Part shown: positions 1 through 11,251 of the stretch, one piece after another
Numbering within the stretch: position 1 is the stretch's first letter
Layout: every line of letters begins with the position of its first letter
DNA from: Reclinomonas americana ATCC 50394
Taxonomy: Eukaryota
Reading direction: 5' to 3'
Assembly (NCBI GenBank): GCA_048213135.1
Contig: PS015470.1
Location: 19,182 to 78,619, forward strand
Length of the DNA stretch: 59,438 nt
Notes under the pieces: model-generated
Databases searched by the model: none
Told to the model about the DNA's origin: nothing
The model's input: only the letters and a program-made list of their open reading frames with translations
Made by a program: the position numbers and the translations under genes

Positions 1-2073
1 TCTCGAGCACCTCTTCAAGACAAGCAAGAAGGTGGCGGAGTTGTCGTCTGGTGCGTACTGTGTCTTGCAAGAAAGCATCTGTTGCGTGATTCTGAACCAC
101 GGCTGTGTAGCGGAGGACCATCGAGTGCGATGCTCAATGACCACGGCAAGACTGTGTGCCGGTGCGTTCTCTTTCTCTCGCTCCCTGTCTGCGTTCGGCA
201 TGCCAACGTGTCTCTCCCCTGTTGTCAGCGCTGGCCAAGTTCTTCCGCGAGCACTCGCGCAGTCTGCTCAGCGTGCGACTGTACGACAAGGCCGCCGAGC
301 TGCTCGTCACGTGTCACGAGTCGCTCAGCGTGTTTCTCAGTCATGATGGTGTGCTATTTCGTGTGCACGTGTCTCAGTGTGAGAGCGCACTCAATTGCGC
401 CACAGGCTCGCTGATTGACGACGACACGCACTCGGCGTCGACGCTGTCGGCCTCGGTTCCGTCACTGTTCGAGCGTACGCTGGCGGTGCAGAATCCGCCG
501 AGTGCGTGGCTCGTCAAAGCGGTGGTTAATCGGTTGGCGGCGGCCGAGCGCTCAGACCTGCTGTTCTTGAAAACGTGGGACGTGTACAAGCGAGAGCGTG
601 TTGGTGAGAGCGGAAGAGACATGGATTCTGAGTCGTCTCTGGTGTGATGCTGACCCGCGGTCGCATAGACGAGAGCGAGGAGACGGTGGTGTTGATGGAG
701 AGCATTGGCGAATTGTACCAGCGAGACAACAACATCGATGCAGCGCTAGAGGTTGGTATCGCAGACAATGCTTGTTAATTTCGGTCTTTGTGCTGACGAC
801 TCTGCAGTGGTTGGAACGCGCGCTGCGGCTGCGGATCGAGCTGCACGGCGCTGACAATGTGCTGATCACATCCACCATGATTCTGCTGGGCAAGGCGCAC
901 TTGGAGCACAACAATCTCGATCGTGCAGGCGAGTACATTGCTGTTTGCTTCTCTCCTTGATGCCTTCTGTGCTCACGTTGCGATGGCGTGCACAGAGTCT
1001 CTGCTGCGCGACGCTGTGCGAATTCGTGAACAAGCGCTGGGCGCGATTCATGTCAACTTGTCGGTGCCACTGAGTGAGGTATGTGCGCACATCGCCGACA
1101 CGATGCAGTTGCATGCTCACTGGGGGTGCGTCGTAGATGGGCCGGCTGCTGACGCTGCGCGAGAACTACGACAATGCGTACGAGTGCTTCGACCGTGCGG
1201 TCACCATCCGCAGCAAGTCCACGGCGACCTATGCCGACACACACACGGCGCTCATGCTCTACAACTTTGCCGAGTGCTGCATCAAGCTGGTTGGTGTCGC
1301 TCACACAGTTTTTGTTGATGATATCGGCCGGCACTGACTTGCGCGTCTCCCTCGCACACACAGCGCATGTATGAGCGAGCATTCGAGAAGTTTGCCGAGG
1401 CGCTGCGCATCGCGTGGGATGTGGTGGGACCGCAACGCTCGCTGTCGATTCGCATTGCCGATCGCGTGCGACGTTGCGTCGTTGCTGCTGCTGGGTGCGG
1501 TGTTGATTTGTTTGCGCGCTGATGTCGACTAAATGCAGAGATCGTGCGGGAGGATCGCGGCATTGTGCTGCGTGAGGGCTCGCTGCTCAAGAAGGGCGGC
1601 TTCCTCCGCAGCTGGACACGTCGCTACTGTGTGCTGTCACACGATGGTCTGCGCTACTACGAGTCGGAGGAGGTGTGTGTCTGTCTGGGTCATTCTGCTA
1701 CAGGACCGACAGACAACTCATGCTCCCACAGCGGTTCCGGTCCGGCAAGAACCCGAAAGGCACCATTCTGTTCAGCGACATGGTGCTGAACGAGCTGGGC
1801 GTGTTCCCGCACCGCGCACACTCGATGGTGATGACCACGCGCAGCACACAACACGTGTTGGTGCGTTTCGCTTCGCAGTTGTCTCCCGCGCCTCCTTGCA
1901 CACACACACAGTGTGCGCTCACGAAATGAAACGAACACGTGCAGGCGGGCGAGTCACCGGAGCAGATCGGCGAGTGGAAAACGAGCATCACCGGCGCCCT
2001 CAAGCGCTACGTACAAATCTTCTCGTCCTCGGCTGTCCACGGCCAAGACCAACAGGCGGCCTCACGAAGCTAA
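1..2073 (+). CDS. TPR-repeat (kinesin-light-chain/NPHP3-like) protein with C-terminal PH domain; 5' truncated, multi-exon
   Basis: Spliced frames give WLERALRLRIELHGADN, DRAESLLRDAVRIREQALG and YERAFEKFAEALRIA (TPR-like). They are followed by LREGSLLKKGGFLRSWTRRYCVLSHDGLRYY...PKGTILF...EQIGEWKTSI (PH signature). Stop TAA at 2071-2073. Confidence 0.8.
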
Positions 2074-2127
2074 ACTAACGATTAAAGGCGTCTCCAACAA
2101 AACCCCTTCACTTGCTTCAGGCGTCAC

Positions 2128-2798
2128 TCACGACGCACCGCCACTCCGCGTGGCATACAACCGCGTGTACATGCGTGCTGTCGAGTTGAATGCGCGCATA
2201 TCACCGGCACGAATCATATTGCCGGCATCGCAGTTGAGCGGCGACGAGGCCTCGGGCTCCGACAGCAGCGCCACCACCGCACGACACACCGACTGCAGAC
2301 TCCACATGGGACTCCACGCGCTCTTCAGCTGCACCGCGATGAGGAGAAGCGAAAAAAGCGAGACAACACAAATGCCCGCCACTCACCACATCAAGACAGA
2401 TCTCGCCCGTCTTTTCACACACACACACACGTATGGGCATTGTGTAAGCAGCAGCAGCAGCAGCAGCACACACAGAGAATGACTGCGCGCGCAACTCGGA
2501 AGAGCACGTTCGGATGAAAAATGCGCGTGACAAACGACACTGTGGGCGCCTGAATGGGGTACTCGGCGGGCACACGAATGTCCAACACAAAGCGGCCGCC
2601 TTCGTAGGGCGAGTCGGCGGGACCCGTGATCTCTGCGCGCCAATGATCCAACGAGGTCTCGCTCACAGGCCGCAAAAAGATCTCTCCACTCGATGAGGAG
2701 GATGAGGAGGATGAGGAGGAGGAGGTGCCGGCACCGCGCTTCTGTTCCTTTTCAAGTTCGCGCCATTCGCGTTGAAGGCGGCGGAGGGCGGCGCTCAT
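2128..2798 (-). CDS. PEX4: Ubiquitin-conjugating enzyme E2, peroxin-4 type (3 exons)
   Basis: IFHPNVLFR|TGEICLDV|LKSAWSPMWSLQSVCRAVVALLSEPEASSPLNCDAGNMIRAGDMRAFNSTARMYT. Catalytic Cys present. The C-terminus matches the plant/protist PEX4 pattern (WTLQSVCRA...SPLNCDxGN+LRxGDxRxF). Confidence 0.85.
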
Positions 2799-3021
2799 CG
2801 CACTACACTATCGGAGTGATTGAGTTGCGGGACAATGACCGCGCTGGTGACGTCATGCGTAACGATCGCACGCGTCTGTGATTTGTGTGTGAACGAGTGA
2901 GCGAGTGAGTGTCACATTGCACGCAGCGGACTTTCCCACTTCTGTGTGTGACAGCGAGAGAGAGAGAGAGAGCGAGAGCGCGTGTGTGTGCTGTGCTGTG
3001 CTCTGTGGGCGATCGTGTGCC

Positions 3022-6000
3022 ATGGCGTCGTCGGCTGCTGACCAGCGCGCGACGCGCAAGGTCATGGAGAAGAGCGAGTATGTTCGCGGACCGTGGTCGG
3101 TCGAAGAGGTGCGTCCCTCTCTGCTGTCTCCTTGTGTGTGTGTGTGTGCGAAATGGCGGCTCTCGCTGTCGAAGCACGGGCACTTTTTTTTGTTGTGGCG
3201 GAAAGGAACCGGTACAACACGCACTCTCCCGATTTGTGCCCACACACGCTCTCCTCTGTGCACACACACACGCATGCTCTCTCCGCTGTCTGTCTGTATG
3301 CGTGTACGTGCGCGGGTTCGGGTTGTTGTTGTTGTTGCTGTTGGCGCGCGATGCTCTCGTGCTGAACGCCACGCCCCCCTCTCTCTCAACGCACGCACAC
3401 TCTGTCTGTCTCTCTCTGCGCCTCTGTCTCTCCATCTCCATCTCTCTCTGTCTGTGCATCACTTGTCGGTTTGACGGCTGATTTGTGTGTGCGTGCACAG
3501 GATCAAATGCTGCGCGACTTGGTGGAGAAAATGGGACCGAAGCGATGGTCGCGCATCGCACAGACGATGCCGGGGCGCATTGGAAAACAGTGTCGAGAGA
3601 GGTTTGTTTGATTTTTCTTTTTCTGCTCGTACATACATGGGCATGATTGTGTTGGGTGTGCAATGTCACCCGTTGCGATCTGTGTCATTTCTCGTTCGCT
3701 CTCTCTCTTTCTCTCTCCCTCCCTCCGAGTGTCGGAGGAAAGGGGTGTTTGTGATGCCAGCATCGCAGTGGGCGAGAATTAGTCCCTCGACCTCTGTTTC
3801 GCTCGAGACAGGCGTTTGCTCACACACACACACGTTCGCACCCGCAGATGGTACAATCACTTGTGCCCTGGTGTGCGAAAGACCGAGTGGACAGACGAGG
3901 AGGATGCTCGGATTCTGGATGCACACCAGCGACTTGGAAATGGTGCGTTGCAGTCGAATCGTCGGATTTGTGTGCCACACGTGCCAGAATGTGAATCGCT
4001 CATGGGTGCTTGCAGCGTGGTCGCAAATCGCACGAGCGCTGCCCGGACGCACAGCCAATGCTGTGAAGAATCGCTGGCACTCCACCCTGCGGAAACGTAT
4101 CAATGGTGGAGTCGATGGGCCGCCGAGCCCCACCATGTATGGATCGGCGCCGCACTCGATGGCGCCCGACATGCTGCTGATGAGCGCCAATGCCGTCCCC
4201 ATGGATCTCACACTCGGCGCAAATCGCAAGCGGCGGTGCGAGTACACGCTGCCGTCTAGCCCCAGTAATCTCATGAGGAGTGTCGCCAAGTCGTTCCAAC
4301 AGCGCAAGAATCGCAAGCGCGGTGCGTCTCTCCAGGACTTGCCTGGCAATCATGTGTATTCTCTTCTTGGGACTGACGTTGAGCTGTAGGCGGTATGGAA
4401 GACGACGACGACGAAGACGACGACGACGACGATGATGACGAGACTGACTCATCGTACCCGATGACCACGTCCATCTCCACGGGGCCTTCCACACCTGCTC
4501 CACCGCCGATGTTTGACGACGCGGGAGAGACTGGTACGTGTGCATGTGCTGACTACTCACTGCTCATTTTCGTCACTCATTGTGCTGTGCAGCGAGGAAG
4601 CGACCACGAACCAATGCCCACCAGCCGAATTTGGGAGAGGAGTTTTCACGCAGTGCGCCTGGTTTCGATTTTGCCGAGTTCCAGCACACCATGGCCAAGA
4701 ACCACGCTGCTGCAATGCAACAGTGGGGTGGAATGATGCCGCCCGGTCAGGTCAGTCGCCTCACCTCGGTTGTCCTTCTCTCGCGCACAATCCGACTCAC
4801 CACGTATCTCCTCGCAGCCTTCGTACGCCCCAATTCCTCTCATGTATGGCGGCCCAGTGCCTGCCATGCCCTACGGCGCCGTGCCCATGGGCGTCGCTGG
4901 TGGTCCACCACTGCCACCACCGCCACCACCACCGCCAGTCGCAAGCATGGGATTGCCGCCACCACCGCCTCCGCCCCCACCAGGGTCGCTCATGTCGGCG
5001 CCGATGATTCCACCCGCTGGCATGCAAGCTTCGCTACCGCCGCCGCCACCACCACCACCAACACAACAACACATGGCGAGCATGCCGACGCAGGGTGTGC
5101 CCATGATTCCCGCCGCAGGTTCACAGCCACCAGCTGCCAGCATCGCCGCGACAGCAGCGTCAACAGCAGCAGCAGCAGTAGCATCAAAACCTGGCCACCT
5201 GTTTGGCGCACCTGTGCCCAATCCGTTCAAGTCTGGCGAGCCCATGTTGCGTTTTTTCCCTTGCGGCTGCTGTGACTTGTCCACTTCCCTCACTTCGTTA
5301 TCCTCCTCCCTTTCGTGCAGTCAACTGGCGGCTTCGCGTGTATTTGGCTCGTTCCGATCACTGCGCAACTCGCTGTTCCTGCCACCGACTGCTACAGAGA
5401 GCAATCAAAAGGGCAAGACGGGTGATGATGCCCGCGGCGAACTGCCGCTGCCAGAGGACGCGGACCGTGTCAAGTGCGACAATGGCCGCAATGTCTCCAT
5501 CTACGAGTACTGGAGGTACCGAGACTGCACACCGGCACTGGATCAAGTTGCGCAACTCTCTCGTGTGAACTGCAGCAAAATGCGGGTGATGCTCACACGC
5601 ACGCGCACACACAGCTTGGTCTCGACATGAGGTTCGTCGAGTCCAACATCACTCGGTCGCTGGAGGAGGCGGCGGTGGAGGAGGAGGAAGAGGAGAGCAG
5701 CGGGTCGGCGCAGGCACCAGATGAGGCAGCCACAATAATCTCCAAGAGGCAACGTCCGTCGCTGACCGTGCAACTCGACGGCATCAAGACAGAACCGCAG
5801 CATGACAATGTCGGCAGCGTTGCTGAGCCGTCGGAGCGCCGTGTGGATGAGGATGTGATTGGAGACTCGGAGGAGCCGGTGAGTGCCGATCACGCCGTCG
5901 CTCTTTATTTTGTGGGCGTCTTTCTCACTGCTTGTTGGGCGCGGCGCAGAAATTCCAGTACGACTTCCGTCGCACATCGATTCATGGCACGTCGTTGCCG

Positions 6001-7146
6001 CGCATGCCTGTGCCGCCACCACTGGTTCGCCAGATGAGTCGCACCGGCTCAACCAAGGATGTGGCATTGTTTGGCGACCAGGGGTCAATTTTGGTGGAGC
6101 TCGACGACGGCCTGAACTTCCCGTGCGTTGATTTTCTCTGTGCGTTTTAGCCTGTTTTCCGTTCTCGAGGCTGACGATGTGTGCGACTGTCATGTAGTGG
6201 CTTCCCGGTGTCGGGTGCGAACCGCGGATACCTGTTGGAGCTCATGTCACCACTCATTTCGCCAGCTTGTGCTCGTGGTTGTGCGTCACCCGCCCCTGGC
6301 CTGCTGTCGCACATTCATGCACCGCCACCACTGCATCGGGATACGTCGCTGGACTCGTTGGGATGCTTGCAAACGGCCTTCTCGAACGGATCCATGCGCG
6401 GCCTGCTGGCAGGTGCACAGGGCCACTCGGACCGCAGCATCTCTGCGTTCTTCCAGCAACCGGCGGCCCCGCGACTGGGCTCGAACAGCCAGTTGGGAGG
6501 AGGCAGCAAGGATGTTTCAATGACACAGTTGAGACCGGCGGCCGCTGCTGCTGCTGCTGCGGCGTCTAGTGCCGCTGGCCACGCTGCTACCGCTGCCGCC
6601 TCTGCTGCCTCCGCAGCCGCCACCACCACCACCACCACTGCTTCGTCGTCATCGTCATCGTCCTCATCATCCACTGCCGCTACCGCCAATGGCGCGGTGC
6701 CGATGGTGGTGTCATCGGCAGCAGCGCCTGCACCGACCGGCAGCTCATCGCTGCTGGGCACTCGCAATGCGCCACTGTCGCCGGCCAGCAAGGAGAATGC
6801 CATTGACCGGTTACTGGAGGACATTTCGGAGGAGAGCGAGTCCGGTGGCGTCTTCACTTCGCTGAAGCGCAACGGCTCACTCGGCGTGATGTCGCGCAAT
6901 CGATCACTGGGGGCCCTGAGCTCCATGACGTTTTCTTCCACGGAAGGACAGGTCATGTGTGACGATTCGGTGCCGTCGTCGTCGCCGTTTCCGCAAAACG
7001 GATCCCCCGTCCGCGACGACTCGATGAGGTGAGGTTGAACATGTACGCACGCTCGCGTAGCATTCATTGTATGCGTGTGTGCTGACCACGTGTTCTCCGT
7101 GTGCATCTGCAGCAGAGTAGTCGCCTCGGGCATCACTCGTGCGTGA
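3022..7146 (+). CDS. R2R3-MYB transcription factor with long low-complexity C-terminus, multi-exon
   Basis: RGPWSVEE|DQMLRDLVEKMGPKRWSRIAQTMPGRIGKQCRER|WYNHLCPGVRKTEWTDEEDARILDAHQRLGN|AWSQIARALPGRTANAVKNRWHSTLRK. Poly-D, poly-P and poly-A/S tracts follow. The 3' exons are less certain. Confidence 0.85.
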
Positions 7147-7530
7147 GATACATTGACGACGACGAGGGTGGCAGGTCACCAGTGACGGTGGTCTCTTGTA
7201 TGTAATTCGGGATATTTTTTTGGCATACATGGTGTTCATATGATGCGTGAGTGCCGCGTTGAAGGGAGACAGGAGTGTGTGTGAGAGAGAGGTTGTGTTT
7301 TGCATGAATCAGAGTTGTTTTTGGTTTGTTTGGGTTTTTTTTTGGTGTCTTGTGTGCGTATGTGTGACAGTCTGTGTGTGTATGAGTGGTTAGATGAGGG
7401 ATGTGCAAGTGGACTTTGCGTCGCTGAGCGAGTGGGAGGCGACAAGGGGTTCCGAATTCGGCCAACAGCGACAAACAATGAATCGTTTGTGTTGCATGCA
7501 CGTGTGTCCCTTGTCCTCCTCCACAACTGT

Positions 7531-8336
7531 ATGGGTTGCAAGTGGTCGCGCTCGCGGCGCCCCACACGCCCCGCCCGACCTGCACGGTCACAACAGCGCC
7601 TCCTCTGCGTATGCCTGCTCGATCAAGTTGCGTGACCCGAGCCGGCCGTGCAGCTGTGCAGCTGTGTGATTCACCACCACCACCACCACCACCAACAGAG
7701 TGGTGAGGTGGTGGCCAGTCACGCCCCTCCATCTGTGGTGCCTGCACACTTGCAGCTGCTGCACGGAAGACTGGCCACACTGGCCACAGCACACTTGCGA
7801 CAGCGCACATCACATCGCCTTCGCCATCGTGAAGAGGACGATGATCTCGATGAGGCCAGCTGTGTTCTGGCGATCGCACACGACGCCAAGTCGTTTTACG
7901 CCGTCTCCACACCCGTGGACGTGGTAGCAGGTCCCGGAAGCAAGTGGCCACAGCGTGTGGTGGCTGCATGCGCCACACAAGGCGTTTCCGCGACGCATCG
8001 CGAGCTGGCCGAGTTCGTGGTGCGACAAGTGGTCTCGGAGCGCGCGTCGCACGTGAGCAACGCCGCAGCGAGTGAGTGGAGCACGTATGTGCGACTCGCA
8101 CAGCGTGTGCTGGAGACTGTGGCGGTGCGTGGCGCCGTTCTCCTCGTTTCGCTCAGTGACCCGACCCGTGTTGCGTGCAGAACGAAGGCTCCAGCGTGGC
8201 CACCGAGGACATCCTGCTCGGCGAGCTGTCCCGCATGGAGAGCAAGTCGCGCACACGCGCGCAGCAGCTGCTTGCAAAAGCAGAGGCCGCGGCTCGGGCC
8301 ACCGGTCGCCTGGCACCGGCCTCGTCATCGATCTAG
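7531..8336 (+). CDS. Hypothetical protein with MGCxxS dual-acylation N-terminus; weak longin-like region and C-terminal helix
   Basis: ATG at 7531 (MGCKWS). Intron 7627-7697 joins the long ORF, and a second intron leads to TAG at 8334-8336. The fold assignment is speculative. Confidence 0.5.
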
Positions 8337-8522
8337 CCAGTTGCTGAGATTGTTCCGATCGTCACGTGGTCTCAAGACGAGCTCGTCTCGTCATCGCCAC
8401 CTGTGCTGAGGGACCCAGCCATGAGTCGCCACTGCAGCAGCAGCGACGTGCCGGAGAGCAGGGAGACGACCGACCAACGAACGCAAGTAAAGAAAACCAA
8501 CCTCGATTCGTTTTTTCTGTCT

Positions 8523-10702
8523 ATGAGTTCACGAAGCTGGCGTGGCATCACGAGCATCGTGGTGGTGTGTCTGGCGCTGTGTGCGCTGGCTGTGGTGGCG
8601 GAAGACAATGGGCTGGCACGACTGCCGTACATGGTGAGCTGCAACGATGTGTGTGTGTGTGCACATTGATGCACTATGCTGATGATGCGTGCACACAGGG
8701 CTGGAACAGCTGGTGTGTGTGTGTGTGCGAGAGAGAGTGAGTGAGTTAGCGCGCGTGTGCACTGAGTGTGTACGCGCGTGTGTAGGTCCACAGATGACAT
8801 TGCGGGNNNNNNNNNNNNNNNNNNNNACTGTTGGATCTGTGCTTTGAGTCGGAGGTGCACGGCATTGCAGGTGTGGGTGACTGGTGTGATCATTCTCCGC
8901 ACCTCCGAAACGCTGCTCACTGTGTGTGGCGCAGATGCCATGGCCAAGTACCTGAAGCCGCTGGGCTACAACTATGTCATTCTCGACGACTGCTGGTTTG
9001 TGATGCGCCGTGATGAACGCGCATCTCTCTTTCTCAGACGTGTGTGGCATGGCATGCATATGCACAGGGCGGCGCATGAACGAGACACGCAGGGACGGCT
9101 GCAGGGCGACGCGAAGCGATTCCCCAGTGGCATGAAGGCCCTCGTGGGTGCGTGTGTGTGTGTGTGCTTGTAAGGCAACTTGGTGATTGCGGTGATCATA
9201 TTGCGGACCGCAGACTACGTGCACTCCAAGGGTCTCCGCATTGGCTTTTACACGTGCGCCGGCAACATCACGTGCAAGTACAATCGCCCCGGAAGCTACG
9301 GACACTACGAGCTGGATGCGCAGAGTTGCGAAAGACTGGCTGCCGTCACGCTGTGCTCTCTCTGTTCGTAACGAGGTTTGTTGTTTTTGCGTGCACAGCG
9401 TTCGCCTCGTGGGGAGCCGATCTGGTGAAGCTCGACAACTGCCACATCCCGCACGACGTGCCCGACCGCAAGGTGCTGTACACGCAGTTCTCGCAGGCGC
9501 TCAATGCCACCGGCCGTCCCATGCTCTTTGCGCTGTGCGAGTGGGGTCAAGGAAATCCGGTGTGTACCGCATGGCCACACATATTCGATCGTGTCGCCAC
9601 ACTGACTTAACAGTCTGTTCTTTCTTCATTGTTTCCGTGCAGTGGGAGTGGGCTGGAGACATTGCCAACTCGTTGCGTTGTCAGCTCGAGATCATGACTG
9701 AATGCAATGTTTTTGACTTGTGATCATCGCAGGTGGCGCATTCACACCGACCTCCTGCCGTGGTGGTGGGGTTCGCAGGGCACTCTGCAGGTGATTGAGT
9801 CGGCTGCCAACAGATCGGCGTATGCTCGTCCGGGGTTCGTGGAATGCGATGTCCTCTCTGCATAGTTTTCTGTGAGTTCCTCACCGCCTCTGCATGTTTC
9901 CCACGAATCAGCGCGTGGAACTATCTGGGTGAGTTTCTTGTGCGCCACACTCCTCCGCCATAGTCGCCACTTACAGTTCGTTTCGCTGCAGATATTATGC
10001 AAATCCTCACCTTTGAGACTGGCTACATTGACTCCAAGACCATGGTATGCGAGTGTGATGCGTACGTTTGATGCGCTTGATGTGTGACCGACTCCTCCAC
10101 TCTCCGCAGTTCAGCATGTGGGCCCTGGTCAACTCGCCGCTGGTCACTGGTTGTGACATTCGCGATCTCGGTGCGCCTCGGGTCGTGCACACACTGGCTC
10201 GTCATCGCACTCACCTTTTTTGTCGTGCGCAGGCATCAACAAGCCGAAGGCCGACATTCTCATGAACACCGACGTGATTGCCATCAACCAGGACCCGCTG
10301 GCCAAGGCCGGCGACCGCATCGCTCAGTACGCCGACGGCGGGCAGGTGTGGGCCAAGCCGATTGTCGGCGGCCACGCGGTCGTCCTCTTCAACCCGCACG
10401 ATGTCGAGACGCGCACCATCAAGGTTACGTGGGACATGCTCGGCTACAAGGCCGGCACCAAGCTGTCGCTTTACGATGTGTGGACGCACAAGGTGATGCT
10501 CCGCGCAGCGGTGCATTGTCTGTAAGAACACTGCTCACTCGTCCGTGCGCGCGCTGTGCAGTCTCTCGGTGATTTCGTCGACGGCTACGATCACCTCGTG
10601 TGGATGCACGGTGAGGGCGACTCGACCACTGCTCACTGCAATCGCTCCTCTTACCCTCTCTCGCCCACAGATGTGATGATGTTCACCGCCAAGCAGGTGT
10701 GA
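8523..10702 (+). CDS. Secreted alpha-galactosidase, glycoside hydrolase family 27, multi-exon
   Basis: Signal peptide, then DNGLARLPYM|GWNSW, GYNYVILDDCW, RFPSGMKAL, DYVHSKGL, FASWGADLVKLDNC (nucleophile Asp), WRIHTD (acid/base Asp) and VIAINQDPL. Confidence 0.93.
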
Positions 10703-10796
10703 GAGCAGAAACAACAACAAGAAAGACGAGGCCGTGCATTGTGCCGAAGCAATTGTGGGATTGAAGACTGCCTGTCTCTCTCCCTTGACCACTCAC

Positions 10797-11157
10797 TCAC
10801 GATCCAGACGACAGCACCTCGTTCTCTGCACGCGTCAGCGCGCCCTGCTCATCCAGATACCTGGCGTTCTCCAGCCACTTGCACTGCCGACCGATGCGAA
10901 TCAGCTGATCACGCACACTGTCACACACACTCTCACTCGCACTCACCCACACGCTACACACTTCCGTCAACTCGTCCTGCATCTGCGCCACGCTCTCACA
11001 GTTGCGTCGCAACCGCATCACCTCGCTCTCCAGTGTGCCCACCGATTGTGCGAGCTCTGTGTGCGACAACGTTTTCAACAAACTCATCGCAACACCCACA
11101 TGCGCACACACACACGCAACGACGAATGACTTCTTCTGCGGCCTCTGCTGTCGCCAT
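10797..11157 (-). CDS. Small coiled-coil protein (~57-80 aa); possible DASH/Dam1-complex small subunit
   Basis: Spliced product MATAEAAEEVIRQ|LAQSVGTLESEVMRLRRNCESVAQMQDELTE|LIRI... The family resemblance is by eye only. Confidence 0.45.
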
Positions 11158-11251
11158 CTGTCGCTCTCAGGTGTGTCAGTTTGGTGGGCGGGAGATGATC
11201 TGGCGATTGATTGGTCCATCATCCAAATCGAACACACGTCTTTCTCACACG
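11158..11251. promoter_or_regulatory. Putative compact bidirectional promoter with CCAAT box
   Basis: There are 94 bp between divergent ATGs (11157 on minus, 11252 on plus). The interval contains GATTGATTGG, i.e. CCAAT on the minus strand. Confidence 0.4.

Noticed and set aside
2803-3669. Long ORFs through CA/GT/CT-rich sequence
   Set aside because: Microsatellite-rich introns lack stop codons; the translations are HTHT/CVCV/SLSL low-complexity artefacts.
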